Below are positions 1 through 11,659 of a stretch of 64,000 bases of DNA, in pieces (within the stretch, counting starts at the first letter, position 1; every line of letters begins with the position of its first letter). Below the pieces are notes generated by a model. It was given only the letters and a program-made list of their open reading frames with translations, was not told where the DNA came from and made no database searches. The position numbers and the translations under genes are program-made. The DNA is from Lama guanicoe (lineage: Eukaryota): NCBI GenBank assembly GCA_013239625.1, contig MU056029.1:806001-870000 (forward strand), given 5' to 3'.

Positions 1-21
1 CTTTAACAACAGCAACAGTGA

Positions 22-133
22 GGGGGAAGGGTAGAGCTCAGTGGCAGAGCACGTGCTTAGCATGCTTGAGGTCCTGGGTTCAATCCCCGGTACCTCCATT
101 AAAAAAATTAAATAAATTAACTTAAAAAATGAA
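22..133 (+). mobile_element. tRNA-derived camelid SINE (Vic-1 type)
   Basis: A-box-like AGCTCAGTGGCAGAGC, B-box GGTTCAATCCC and an A-rich tail; 14-bp TSD AACAGCAACAGTGA at 8-21 and 134-147. Confidence 0.9.
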
Positions 134-149
134 AACAGCAACAGTGATT

Positions 150-815
150 TTTTTTAATGTCCATTTTTTAAAAACACCTTTATTGTGGTATGGTTCCTGC
201 ACAGTAAACTACACATATTTCAAATGTACACTTTGATGAGTTTTAATAGATGAAATGAAACCATTACCACAATCAAGATAGGTAACATTTATTTCCATCA
301 CAAACCCAAGAGGTGCAGTTTTTGAAATCCCAATTTATCCCTTCCTACTCCCTTTAACCCCAGGCGACATTAAGTTTGTTCTCTATGTCTGTGAGTCTGT
401 TTCTGTTTTGTAGATAAGTTCATTTGTGTCCTTTTTCTTAGATTCCACATATAAGCAATATTATATGGCATTTTTCTTTCTCCTTCTGGCTTACTTCACT
501 TAGAATGATGATCTCCTGGTCCACCCATGTTGCTGCAAATGGTATTATTTTATTCTTTTTTATGGCTGAGTACTATTCCATTGTATATATGTACCACAAC
601 TTCTTTATCCATCCATCTGTCGATGGACATTTGGGTTGTTTCCATGTCTTGGCTATTGTATATAGTGCTGCTATAAACACTGAGGTGCATGTATCTTTTC
701 AAATTAGAGTTCCCTCTGGATATATACACAGGAGTGGGATTGCCAGATCATATGGTAAGAGTATTTTTAATTTTTTCAGGAATCTCCATACTGTCCCCCA
801 TAGTGGCTGCACCAG
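150..815 (-). mobile_element. L1 3' end fragments (3'UTR plus ORF2 C-terminal region)
   Basis: Typical antisense L1 3' text (ATCCATCTGTCGATGGACATTTGGGTTGTTTCCATGTCTTGGCTATTG; CTCCATACTGT...CATAGTGGCTGCACCA). Confidence 0.85.
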
Positions 816-1754
816 TGATTTTTAAAGAAGTCTCTCACCATGAGGTGACTCTAGCAGTAGACTGGGACCCATGTCCCTATCCTCAGCCTGTTCCTCCCAG
901 CTTAATTTTTCTCCCAACTCCCTGATAAGATGCAGCAAGCATCAAATGAAACATGAATCATACTAATACTCACGATTGTAAAAATGCTCCACACATATCT
1001 GTGCATTCGTGTAAGACATGTGATAAATGCTATATGCATACACTTTTGGACACAAATAAGATCAATGCTTATCTATACACATTTTTATGGAGGCAAACTC
1101 TAGTTTTACCACGAGGAATAACAGCTTTCAAGCAAAGAAAATCCAAGGGGGAGTTGGAAGGTAGAGTTACTTCCCCAGTCCCCAGCCACTTAGCTTCTTG
1201 CTTCTAGAGACAAGGATGCTAGTGGTTCCTCCCCACCTTCCCTTCCTGGTTCCAGGCCACCCCAAGAAGGCACACGCTGAGAAGTTTGGGTGCAACATTT
1301 TTATGGAGAAGAACCGGGAAGGGGGCAGAGTTCATGAGGAAGGTGGCCCGGACGAGTGAGATCGGTGGGTAGGTTGCTGGGGCCGAGCTGAGCAGAAGAG
1401 AGAGGGAGGCAGCCACTGGGCGGTGGTCAGATCTCCCCAGGAGGGTATCAGAGATGGACAGGAGGCTGAGACCGTGGAGGGGCACACACAGAGGCCACAG
1501 CCCCAGAGAAGCCAGGACACAACCACAGAAGGGAGACCGACACAGAGCCGCGCTTTCGGACGGTGGGCGGCTGGGGGCTGGGGGCACAGCTCAGGGGGTC
1601 GCGCACGTGCAGGAGGCATTTCAGTTCTCAGTGCCTCCCTTTGCAAAGAGAAAAAGCAAAGAGAAACCAAAAGAAAGTGGGAGGCTCGATGTTCTGACTC
1701 TTTTACTTCATGTGATGCACTTTTATGGAACACGCGCGATAACTTACAGAGGAT

Positions 1755-2141
1755 AGCAGTCTGTTAGGGCTTCCGTAGCGAACTGTCAGAGAGTGGGGGC
1801 CTTAAACAGCACACTTGTGCTTTCTCGTGGTTCTGGGGGCTGGAGGTCCCAGGTCAAGGTGCCGACAGGGTTGGTCTCTCCTGAGGCCTCTCTCCTTGGC
1901 TTGTAGACAGCCGCCTTCTCCCTAGGGTCCCACATGGTCCTCCCTCTGGGCGTGACTGTGTCCTCATCTCTTCTTCCTATAAGGACACCCGTCAGATTGG
2001 ATCAGGCCCACTCCAGGGACCTCATTTTAGCAGAATCACCTCTTTTAAGACCCTGTCTCCAGACGGAGTCACAATGTGAAGGTCCCAGGGGTTAGGGCTT
2101 CAACCTATGGGCTTTGAGGGGACACAGTTCAGCCCTCAACA
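1755..2141 (-). mobile_element. MaLR LTR (MLT1B/C-like)
   Basis: MLT1 hallmarks: GAGGCCTCTCTCCTTGGCTTGTAGA, TATAAGGACACC, GGGGTTAGGGCTTCAAC, terminal CAGCCCTCAACA. Confidence 0.85.
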
Positions 2142-3604
2142 CAGGAGAGACCCTTAGCAAATATAAATAAGGCATAAAATGTAAAGAAGACCACCAAATT
2201 CAACACAGGCAGCAATAGAAAAAAAGCTCACAAAATGTCGGGGGAAGGAAAGTGGTATGCAGCCCTAACGACCAGGTTGTTTGTGTGACAGAAAAGTCAT
2301 GCACCCCCAAGCAGAAAGAGGGTCTTAAGCTACCCTGTAAAACTACCCAGACTTTGCCAAGTTTGTAGACACTGCCTCACTTAAACATCATACCCAACGG
2401 CTTTTCTAGAGACACTTTCTCCCCCTTCTTCCAAGGGGACTCGGGGCTGATGGGTCAACCCTTGAGATAGTTTTGCACACACTGTCTGTGGTGCACTGTG
2501 GTAGGTGCCCTGACCTGATGCTGGGGGTCCCAGTGGACCTCTGCCTCTACAGAAATTCTGTTCTCTCACCACACGTGGGACGTGGGATAGGTCTATATTC
2601 AGTGACAATCTAGTTCGCAGAGAAAGCCAGCGCCTCGCTCACTTAATGACTCTTGCCAAGTGTTTGACATTTTCAAGGAGGTCATTTATAATTGTGAACC
2701 TGGCCAAAGCTTCTTACTGGAAACACTAATACTCGTGATGTCAACACACCATGGGGAGGTTCTGCCCAAGACCCTGTGGGCAGGGTCCCTATTTGGCTCA
2801 CCTGTGACAACATGTCCATAGCAGCTGGCAAAGAGCTGGTGCCCTCATTCCTTGGTCCGCCTCTTCCCCGGTTCCCATCCCCTGCATCCGGGTGGGTCCT
2901 CCCCGCCAGCCCCAGATCATGGTTAGTGCCCCATATAGCTGGTGGTTTCCAGGACCAGCTCAGACCTGTGCTGACCATCAAAGTTCACTCTGACAGGTGA
3001 GGCCGGAGCCCTGCTGGCTAGCTCTTGTGAAAACCTCTCTTCACCATAGGCACTTGGTATGAGGGCTATTTATTTTTGGTTTAGGAAATGGAAGGAAACT
3101 GGCAAAAAAAAGTACACATTTAATTCAACAAAGGATTATAGATTATTCTGGGTGTGGTGTGTTACTAGGTAATTAAGGGAACTCTAACGGGAATGAAACC
3201 TGGTCTTTGAACGCAGGGAGGCTTCAGTCTGTTTGCACTGTGCTTGCTGACGCTGACAGAGTTCAGATTTCACGAACAGTATTTGCCTTCGGAGATTATT
3301 CTGATTAAGTCTTCCTACTCAGCTTGACCTATTTAGGCTCTTGGACCGCCTTCACCTGTCTGTTCTCTGCAGTAGCCACCTTTTCGCCCCTCCCCTCCCA
3401 TCCAAAAAGGCAGTGAAAAGTAAATGGTCTGATGATGGCTTTTTCTAATCTTATCAGAGCACAGCAGAAGGGGACAAGGAGTTCTGTCGCGCCTGCCCTG
3501 CCAGGCTTTCAGCAAGCATAACGGGCTGTTGTGTAACATTTAGTTTCAGTCTCTCGATTCCCTGTAAACACTGGGAGTCAAGGTCTGCATGAGCTCGGCA
3601 GGCA

Positions 3605-3618
3605 GTATCCATGGCAAC
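3605..3618. promoter_or_regulatory. RFX X-box motif
   Basis: GTATCCATGGCAAC matches the 14-bp X-box consensus, in non-repeat sequence; forkhead-type TGTAAACA ~40 bp upstream. Function not shown. Confidence 0.4.
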
Positions 3619-3799
3619 AGCACCTACAGCAGGGTACTTAGCATATGGGAAACAAGGAGCATCACCCACTCCTTTTTTCCAAGAGATCATCTGATGAATA
3701 ATTGAATATGAAGCAAATTGAAACACTCATGCTAACCGACACCACTTCCATACTGCTTTTTAATCTGTATTTGATTCACACCATTATGCAAAAACACAA

Positions 3800-3885
3800 C
3801 CAAAAAAAAAGAAGAAAGAAAGGAAGAATGGAAGGAAGGAAGGAGGGAGGAAGAAGGAGGAAGGGAGGAAGGGAGGAAAAAAAAG
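3800..3885 (+). repeat. Polypurine (GGAA/GAAA)n low-complexity tract
   Basis: Direct reading. Confidence 0.9.
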
Positions 3886-3926
3886 GCAAGCAGACATCCT
3901 GCTTTGGTTTAAATATTTCCAATGAC

Positions 3927-4225
3927 TTCTTTTTTAATTGAAGTATAGCCAGTTACAATGTGTCAGTTTCTGGTGTACAGTATAGTGTCCCGTCATGCAT
4001 ATATATACATTTATTCATTTCATTTTCTTTTTTCATGAAAGATTATTACACGATATTGAATATAGTTCCGTTTGCTATACAGAAGAAATTTTTAAAATCT
4101 ATTTTTGCGTATAGTGGTTAACCTTTGCAAATCTCAAACTCCCAAATTGATCCCTCCCCACTCCCTTTCCCTGGTAACCATAAAATGGTTCACTATGTCT
4201 GTGATTCTTCTTCTGTTTTGTAGAT
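3927..4225 (-). mobile_element. L1 3'UTR fragment
   Basis: T-tract then TTGAAGTATAG...TTACAATGTGTCAGTTTCTGGTGTACAG, the same family as other L1 3' ends in the window. Confidence 0.85.
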
Positions 4226-5518
4226 TACTTTTTCTGAAAGAAAAATACAGTAAAGATAGTCTTGGTGAATTTATGACAACTTCAATGCATAGAAAAAGTC
4301 AATGGAAAACATTAAACATGTTGGATAAATATCAAGGTTTAATTGTCTCATGAAGACATAAAACTGAATCATTTACTAAGGTTTCCTACACATTTCTGCT
4401 ACTTACATGTATTTCTTGCCTACCCTTGATTCTTACATGAACACCCTGCTGTGGCAAACACTTTGCATCCATGAGTAAGAAAGAAGGCAAGAGGGATGAG
4501 ACAGAAAAGGGACTGAGTGGTGTCCACCATTTTTAACTACCCTATTGTGCCAATTAAATCAATCACCAAATTCTAGTGTGTCAGAAATGGCTATATTCTC
4601 ACGTATCATCTTTTTGTGCCTAAAAGAACTGAGAGAACGCTGCATGATCAGAACCCAGGCTTCACCTAATTTTTATCACCCTGAATAATATTCTTTGCAG
4701 AGACACTGCCCCAGTCTCCTGAGATGACACCACGCATTTTTCTAAAAGGGCCAAACTTTGATTTCCCAATATTCGCCTGCATCTCCAGCCCACCTTTTCA
4801 GAGTTGGATAAAACTGGGAAAACTGAATAAAGTTTACCCAAAAAAAAGGCAGTGCCTACAGAGGTTTAAAGAGGATTTTATTTATGTTGACAGTAGACCC
4901 ATTGGTGTCTTTTCTCAGCTGCATCACAGACATCTTGTAGTTGTGTCTAATTGATGTTCACTCTGAAAATTCATCCCACATTTTGCAAGTGATTTTTACA
5001 GCCAAAGACAGCACTTTTGTGCAGTATGTGTTAAGTGTATCTCCTGTCATCAAATAATAACTGTCTGGCATGGAGCTGGATGTGTAAATATAGTTAGAGA
5101 CATCAATCAGAAAAACACAGGAGAACATTTTGTTTCATGAATAATCATGGTTCTACAAAAATTTTAAATATGCCTGTAATGTGTTTATGTATTTATATAG
5201 TCTTGCCTTATATTTGAAATTCTGTATCACTAAATGGAATGTATTATTATAATCTGCATTTCTTGCTAACATACAAAGACTTCTTTTCATCACTCATGGC
5301 TCTGCCACAGACCACTCACCATTATTCCCTGGCACCAAGGTCAAACCACCGACATGTTGTCAGCTTTATTTTCCTTTTCAATATACCAGTGAGATTTTAT
5401 ATAATACAGAAGTATTGGTGCTGATTTTAATATGTTAAAATCAATGAAAAGGGAATTATGAATCACATATGCATGTTTGTACTGCATCTCAGAAGGGTGG
5501 CACATCTGAAAATAGACT

Positions 5519-5668
5519 AATATTTTTTTCTTTTTTTGCATATATTTATTCTAATTTTTATTTTATTTATTATTATTTTTTGTTTTTCCCCTCAACGGAG
5601 GCCCTGGGGATTGAACCCAGGACCTTGTGCGTGCTAAGCACGTGCTCTACAACTGAGCTATCCCCGCC
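5519..5668 (-). mobile_element. camelid tRNA-derived SINE
   Basis: GGGGATTGAACCCAGGACC...CTGAGCTAT (antisense B/A boxes); TSD GA(A/G)AATAGACT at 5508-5518 and 5669-5679. Confidence 0.9.
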
Positions 5669-5863
5669 GAGAATAGACTTTAAATTGTACTTGTGTTAAA
5701 ATTAGGGTTGTATCAAAACAATAAAATAAGCCAACTTTAAAAACTTTTCTTTGTTTGGGACTATTTTTATACCTGACTATTAGGTGTAAAATAAGCTACA
5801 AGGATGCATTGTACAACATGGGGAATAGAGCTGTATTTTGTGACTCTAAATGGCATAGAACCT

Positions 5864-6098
5864 TGTTACAGCAACCTGACTCCAGGTAGAGACCACGCGA
5901 CACTCGGAGGGTGGGAGAACTCAGGTTTATTATGCTGCGGGGCCCAGAGGAGTTAACACTCCAAGCTCTGGACCCCAGCTGTAGGTTTACACAGGCTTTT
6001 ATGGGGTTTTAGATTTTGATTAAGTTTGCACCACATGCAAATGAGGTGTTAGAAATGGGCTAATCAGGAGTGAGCTTTTGGGAAGCAATGGAATTTTA
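5864..6098 (-). mobile_element. ERV-type LTR fragment, inserted in an L1 3' end remnant (5770-5863) and truncated on the right
   Basis: Starts TGTTACAG; antisense AATAAA (TTTATT) and TATA-like (TTTTAT) signals; ends abruptly at the duplicated block. Confidence 0.6.
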
Positions 6099-6578
6099 GA
6101 GAATTCTCCTTATATTTCCAAAGTAAGAGATTGGAAAATTCAGTAGGTATTCTGTGCGAATTGTTCCATATGTAGGTGTAGCTTTTGATGTCTTCGTGGG
6201 AGAGAGAGGGTGAGCCGTGCATCCTTGACTCCGCCACCTTGGCAATCTCTGCTTGGATAAAGCCTTAACTCCTTGACATTGCTTAAAAGATGCTCACCTC
6301 TTAACTGTAGCTATGGTTTTTCACCCTTGTACCCTGCCCTTCATCAAAGCTGAATTCCTTCTTAAAATGAACCATACTATGGTACATAGTCTTCATCCAG
6401 GTGTTACCTCTATCTGGAACACCTCGCTGCTGCCATATGCCTTCTGACTTTCCCTCCAGAAACTAAATTAACACATTAATATCAAGTATCCTCACTCTTC
6501 CAGGAAGGCTCCCCTGATCAGCCTGCCCCCAACACTGAGATGCCCTTCCTAAGTACTATTGCACACTTAAATTTTTTT
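6099..6578 (+). repeat. Ectopic 480-bp copy of the segment at 8102-8581 (and 7627-7972)
   Basis: Near-identical text, only a few substitutions. Confidence 0.95.
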
Positions 6579-7413
6579 AGACTGTGTCAAGGAGTCAGAA
6601 AAACTAAACAACTATAAATGTGTATCGATATTACAATTCTTCACATACTATTCATCATCTTTCTTGCCCTTTTTATATTAGTTGACATTGGCCACTCTTG
6701 AATAAGTTAAAATAAATAAACAAAAATTAAAAATATCCCTGTGACTTCCAGAACACCACGCCCTCCAGATGGTCCTCCTACCTGCTGGCCACACCTGCCC
6801 ACCCTCCTTTGTGCGTTTCTCTTCTTCTGCTTTTCCTATATTTTGGGGGTCCCCATCATGTTCTCTTCTAAGCCCATTTCCCTTCTGACTCTGCACACGT
6901 TTTTGCTCACTCTAGGGGTGTACATTACCATCTGTACATTGCCAGAAATCTTTATTTTCAACCCAAATTGTTCTCGTGGGCTTCAGACAACCTACTGGGT
7001 TTCACCGCATGTAAGTTCCACAGATACTCCAATCTAAAACTCAAAAATCTCCTTTGATTGCTCATCTGCCTGAGTTCTATCCATAATCTAAGTTGATGAT
7101 ATTACTGCCAACTCACGTGCTCAAGACAAAAACTTGGACGCCAGTACCCCTTCTCATATGCCATCAATCACCAAGCTTGACCAATGTTACCTCCTAAATA
7201 TTCTCGATTACATTCACTTTTTTTTTGTCTCCACCTACAGAACCCTAGACCAGGCCCTCATTTCTCTTCCCTAAATTGTAACAACAGTTCTGTTCCTTTA
7301 CACTTTATATTCCACATATATCTAGAGATATCTTAATAAAGCATGAATGTGTCACGTTATTTTCTTTCTTAAAATCCTTGTGTCACTTTTCCTCATTGTT
7401 AGGATAAAGTCTT

Positions 7414-7780
7414 TTGTTTAGTTTTTTTTTTAATTAATTAATTTTATTAGTTGAAGTATAGTCAGTTTACAATGTTGGGCTAATTTCTGGTGCACAGCAT
7501 CGTGTTTCAGTCATACACATACATACATACTTTCCTTTTCATATTCTTTTTCATCATAGGTTCCTGCAAGATATTAAATATAGTTCCCTGTGCTATACAG
7601 TAGGATCTTTTTGTTTATCTGGGTTTGAGAATTCTCCTTATATTTCCAAAGTAAGAGATTGGAAAATTCAGTAGGTATTCTGTGCGAATTGTTCCATATG
7701 TAGGTGTAGCTTTTGATGTCTTCGTGGGAGAGAGAGGGTGAGCCGTGCATCCTTGACTCCGCCACCTTGGCAATCTCTGC
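7414..7780 (-). mobile_element. Bipartite L1-derived element: ~160 bp of L1 5' end joined to ~205 bp of L1 3' end with poly(A)
   Basis: Minus strand begins GCAGAGATTGCCAAGGTGGCGGAGTCAAGGATG (L1 5'-terminus-like CAAGATGGCGG motif) and runs straight into AGATAAACAAAAAGATCCTACTGTATAGCACAGGGAAC...AATAAA-A tail; TSD TAGGATAAAGTCTT (7400-7413) / TTGGATAAAGCCTT (7781-7794). Confidence 0.75.
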
Positions 7781-8448
7781 TTGGATAAAGCCTTAACTCC
7801 TTGACATTGCTTAAAAGATGCTCACCTCTTAACTGTAGCTATGGTTTTTCACCCTTGTACCCTGCCCTTCATCAAAGCTGAATTCCTTCCTAAAATGAAC
7901 CATACTATGGTACATAGTCTTCATCCAGGTGTTACCTCTATCTGGAACACCTCGCTGCTGCCATATGCCTTCAATCGTGTTTCAGTCATACACATACATA
8001 CATGCATTCCTTTTCACATTCTTTTTCATCATAGGTTCCTGCAAGATATTAAATATAGTTCCCTGTGCTATACAGTAGGATCTTTTTGTTTATCTGGGTT
8101 TGAGGATGCTCCTTATATTTCCAAAGTAAGAGATTGGAAAGTTCAGTAGGTATTCTGTGCGAATTGTTCCGTATGTAGGTGTAGCTTTTGATGTCTTCGT
8201 GGGAGAGAGAGGGTGAGCCGTGCATCCTTGACTCCGCCACCTTGGCAATCTCTGCTTGGATAAAGCCTTAACTCCTTGACATTGCTTAAAAGATGCTCAC
8301 CTCTTAACTGTAGCTATGGTTTTTCACCCTTGTACCCTGCCCTTCATCAAAGCTGAATTCCTTCTTAAAATGAACCATACTATGGTACATAGTCTTCATC
8401 CAGGTGTTACCTCTATCTGGAACACCTCGCTGCTGCCATATGCCTTCT
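7499..8448 (+). repeat. 475-bp tandem duplication (7499-7973 / 7974-8448)
   Basis: Direct comparison; period 475, a handful of substitutions. Confidence 0.95.
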
Positions 8449-9303
8449 GACTTTCCCTCCAGAAACTAAATTAACACATTAATATCAAGTATCCTCACTC
8501 TTCCAGGAAGGCTCCCCTGATCAGCCTGCCCCCAACACTGAGATGCCCTTCCTAAGTACTATTGCACACTTAAATTTTTTTTAATTGTCTTAAAAAGATA
8601 CAAATGAACTTATTTAGAAAACAGAAAGAGGCTCACAGACATAGAAAACAAACTTATGGTTACCATACAATTTTTATTTTCCCTTTCATAGAATTTGTCA
8701 ATGAGGGGATTGTGTGTTCAATTTAACCATGAAAATGAGGATCATGTCGGTGTTACTCATTGCCACAGCCTTAATTGTTAGCACCACCCTTGAGTTTTAG
8801 TAGGTAGCTGATATGCTTTTTGGGTGAAAAAATGCATTTTTTTCACCATTCCAGATGTACGTACTCATTTAAACCAGTCAACTAAAAACAAACACCTTTT
8901 CCCTCAACAAGTTCTAGCTTTTTAAAAAAATTCCATTTTAAACAACTCTCTTGTGTCACTTAAAATAAGGATAATTCCTTTTATTCTGTATTAGTCAAGG
9001 GTTCAAAGCACACTCAGTAACACAGATTCAGATAAAAGGACCTGGTTAAAAGGGTGAGGACGGAGTGGGTGATGAGACTTTGCACCTGTGACAGACTCAT
9101 CTCAGAAGCTACAATGAGGATGGACTGATTTATCGGTTAAATATACTCACAAGTGCCTGATCTCTGTTGTCCTGTAAAGTTCACTTTAAAAGGCCAGTGA
9201 TACAGAAGGAAGTCATGAGGTCAAGATTCCACTTTTCCCCAGTTAGCACTTGCAGATCTGTATTCTGACTAAGCTATTCTCAGTGAACTATCAAATCAAA
9301 TGG

Positions 9304-9590
9304 CTCCTGCAGCAAAGGCTGGCATAAATCTAACATCTCTTTATTCCTTCCAACTAGACAGCTGACCAGGTGATAAAAACCTAAGATGATAAACACAGAG
9401 ACAGAAAACAGCCAGCAACGGACAACAAATCTCCTGCAGCAAAGGCTGGCATATATCTAACATCTCTTTATTCCTTCCAACTTAATAAGACAGCAATGGC
9501 ATTAAATTCCCCAACTAGACAGCTGACCAGGTGATAAACACCTAAGATGATAAACACAGAGACAGAAAACAGCCAGCAACGGACAACAAA
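9304..9590 (+). repeat. Imperfect tandem duplication (126-bp and 160-bp copies)
   Basis: 9304-9429 equals 9431-9590 minus a 34-bp block; two substitutions. Confidence 0.95.
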
Positions 9591-11659
9591 CCTGCAGGAG
9601 GAGAGAAACATCAGAAACATCGACCAGGCGAAAAAGGGCCATTGGACCCCCAGGAGCATCGCTATTAATAGAACACGCATTGACTGTTTTAAGCACAGTG
9701 TGTTCAGACTGCTTGCAGGTACTTCTGATCAGCTTCAAAAGATGCCAAATTTTAGGTCTGTTCTGCCTGGTTTGGCAGCTGAAATAATAGACTGTCAGAA
9801 ATTTCCCTTACTGGTACTTTCTTTCATTGCGTTATAAATTGCTTTTCCTATAGTAACTCGCTGGGGGCAGAATAATAACCATGCCAAAAATGTTAGAGGA
9901 AATAATTAAAAACAACTACAATTTTAATACGTTTTGTCCTGTACATTATTTAATGCTAACTTGCAGTGAAACTGCTGAGGAAGTGTTGACTTTGCGCACC
10001 CAGGAAGTGCAGGAATTCCCTTTGATGATGGAAGCAATAAAAATAAAAATCAATGATCATCGCGTTACCGTAAATGACCTACACAGAGCCCCCAAGACTT
10101 TCCATCTATTCGCCCTTTGAAGCAGGCCTGCTTTCATCGCTTCTCTAATCTGCCATGATCAATAAACACTGCCACAGATTGTATTTCCTGAACCTAATAT
10201 GATCTCAAAATTGTATTGTTTCAGTTGTTTTCTTTTTCTAAAAGACTTCATTTTAAAAGTATATACTCCAGAATTTTAGAAATCTTTTAGAAATTTTAGA
10301 ATTTACTGCAGGTTTTAGAGATGTCTATGTGAGGCATGATTATTTTATCCAAGTCTTTCTCTGGTTCTTCCTCAAACGTGGGCCAGTCTGAGGTCAAATG
10401 GCACTTTGCTTCAAGAGCCCCCTGCACCAGGAAAGCTTGTCAGCTTTCTGAAGTTACCATTCAGTCCTTCCATTTGCCATTTGTCTTGGCATTATGTAAA
10501 ACTGAATGATTCATTGATTCTAAAAATATTTACTGCGCTCCTATTATGGGTAAAGCATATTAGTAACATTAAGCCGGAAAATGCATGGCTGACCCCGCCT
10601 TCCAAGAGTCCCCAGCTGGTGTAAAGGTAATACAACATGTATGCTAAATGCAGCGGTGGAGCCATGCATTCTGATTTTTGCCAACAAAGAGGAAGACTTC
10701 TAATTGGACTTGGGAAGGGGGAGGGACCAAAGAAGGCTTTCAGAAATTCACTGAGGACTCATTTATCCATTCTAAACACCTTATATATTTCTTCTCAGTG
10801 TTTATAGTTCAAACCTCTATGAATTGCCATTTATTACTGCCATCATTATGCCATTTTTAAAGATAAAATGTGGGGCTATCGAGAGATTTAAGTAACTTGC
10901 CACAAATCCAGATTACGCACAGCTGGGGGAGCCTGAATTTTAACAAGAGCAGTCTGGCTGGAGGGCTGTCACCCCTCTGGACAACTGGGGCTAGGTCAGT
11001 CTTGTTCTTCAGTGGATCGTTTGACACTTACTGCCTGGAAATTTTAGTTAACATTTAAAACATGTTCTTATGTCCACAGACACTTTATAAGCATTCAGAG
11101 GTTAGAAGCCCTTCAGGCCAGCGGAACAGCCAAGCAGGAACTTAGAATTTATAGCTGAGTGAATTGAATTTAGTCCAAATGCCCTGAGGGTTGGAAAGCC
11201 TCTACGCACCTCCATCCACACCAAACTCTCAGGCCAACCCTAGCTGGACTGAAAACCAGTGGAGTCCTATTTCCTGGCACCAAGTGGTAGAAGAAAGACT
11301 CCTGGCCCAGTCTTGGAAGACTATGTGCTAACTCTGGCTTTTTCTCTTATTCCCTTGCTGTTTCCTGGCATCAAAAACCGATCATATGATCTTTCTGCCG
11401 CTTGGACTTTACCTCCGCAAAATTGTGAACCTAATACCTGACTGCCTGCCACTTATGATTTGGGTATAAAATTAGACAGTTTATTGGAACTGCTATGCAA
11501 ACTTCAAAGCACCAGAAGGAAACACGGTCATTCATGGTGTCCGTGCAAAACAGGTAATCAGCCGAGGTGGAAACGGCAGTGTGTGCTGAGTCTTGTTCCC
11601 TCCCCGTAGGAAAGATTTCCACTTGGCTTCCAGGAGACCACATCCGCCTGGTTTCCCAC

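Larger units (their letters stand above)
6830..8830 (+). mobile_element. Old L2 remnant, interrupted by an L1-derived insertion and duplication
   Basis: L2-like text (CATCAATCACCAAG, CTCCTAAATATT, CTTAAAATCCTT...AGGATAAAG...AACTCCTTGACAT, CTTCCAGGAAGGCTCCCCTGA). Confidence 0.7.

Noticed and set aside
22..98. tRNA-like sequences here and in the other SINE copies
   Set aside because: They have A-rich tails and TSDs and lack an intact cloverleaf, so they are SINEs and not tRNA genes
1219..1767. Overlapping 100-133 aa ORFs in a GC/CpG-richer patch
   Set aside because: No recognisable domain, ORFs on both strands, as expected from GC content alone
6099..9590. CRISPR-like or prokaryotic array interpretation of the direct repeats
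   Set aside because: Mammalian DNA; the repeats are long duplications without repeat-spacer periodicity
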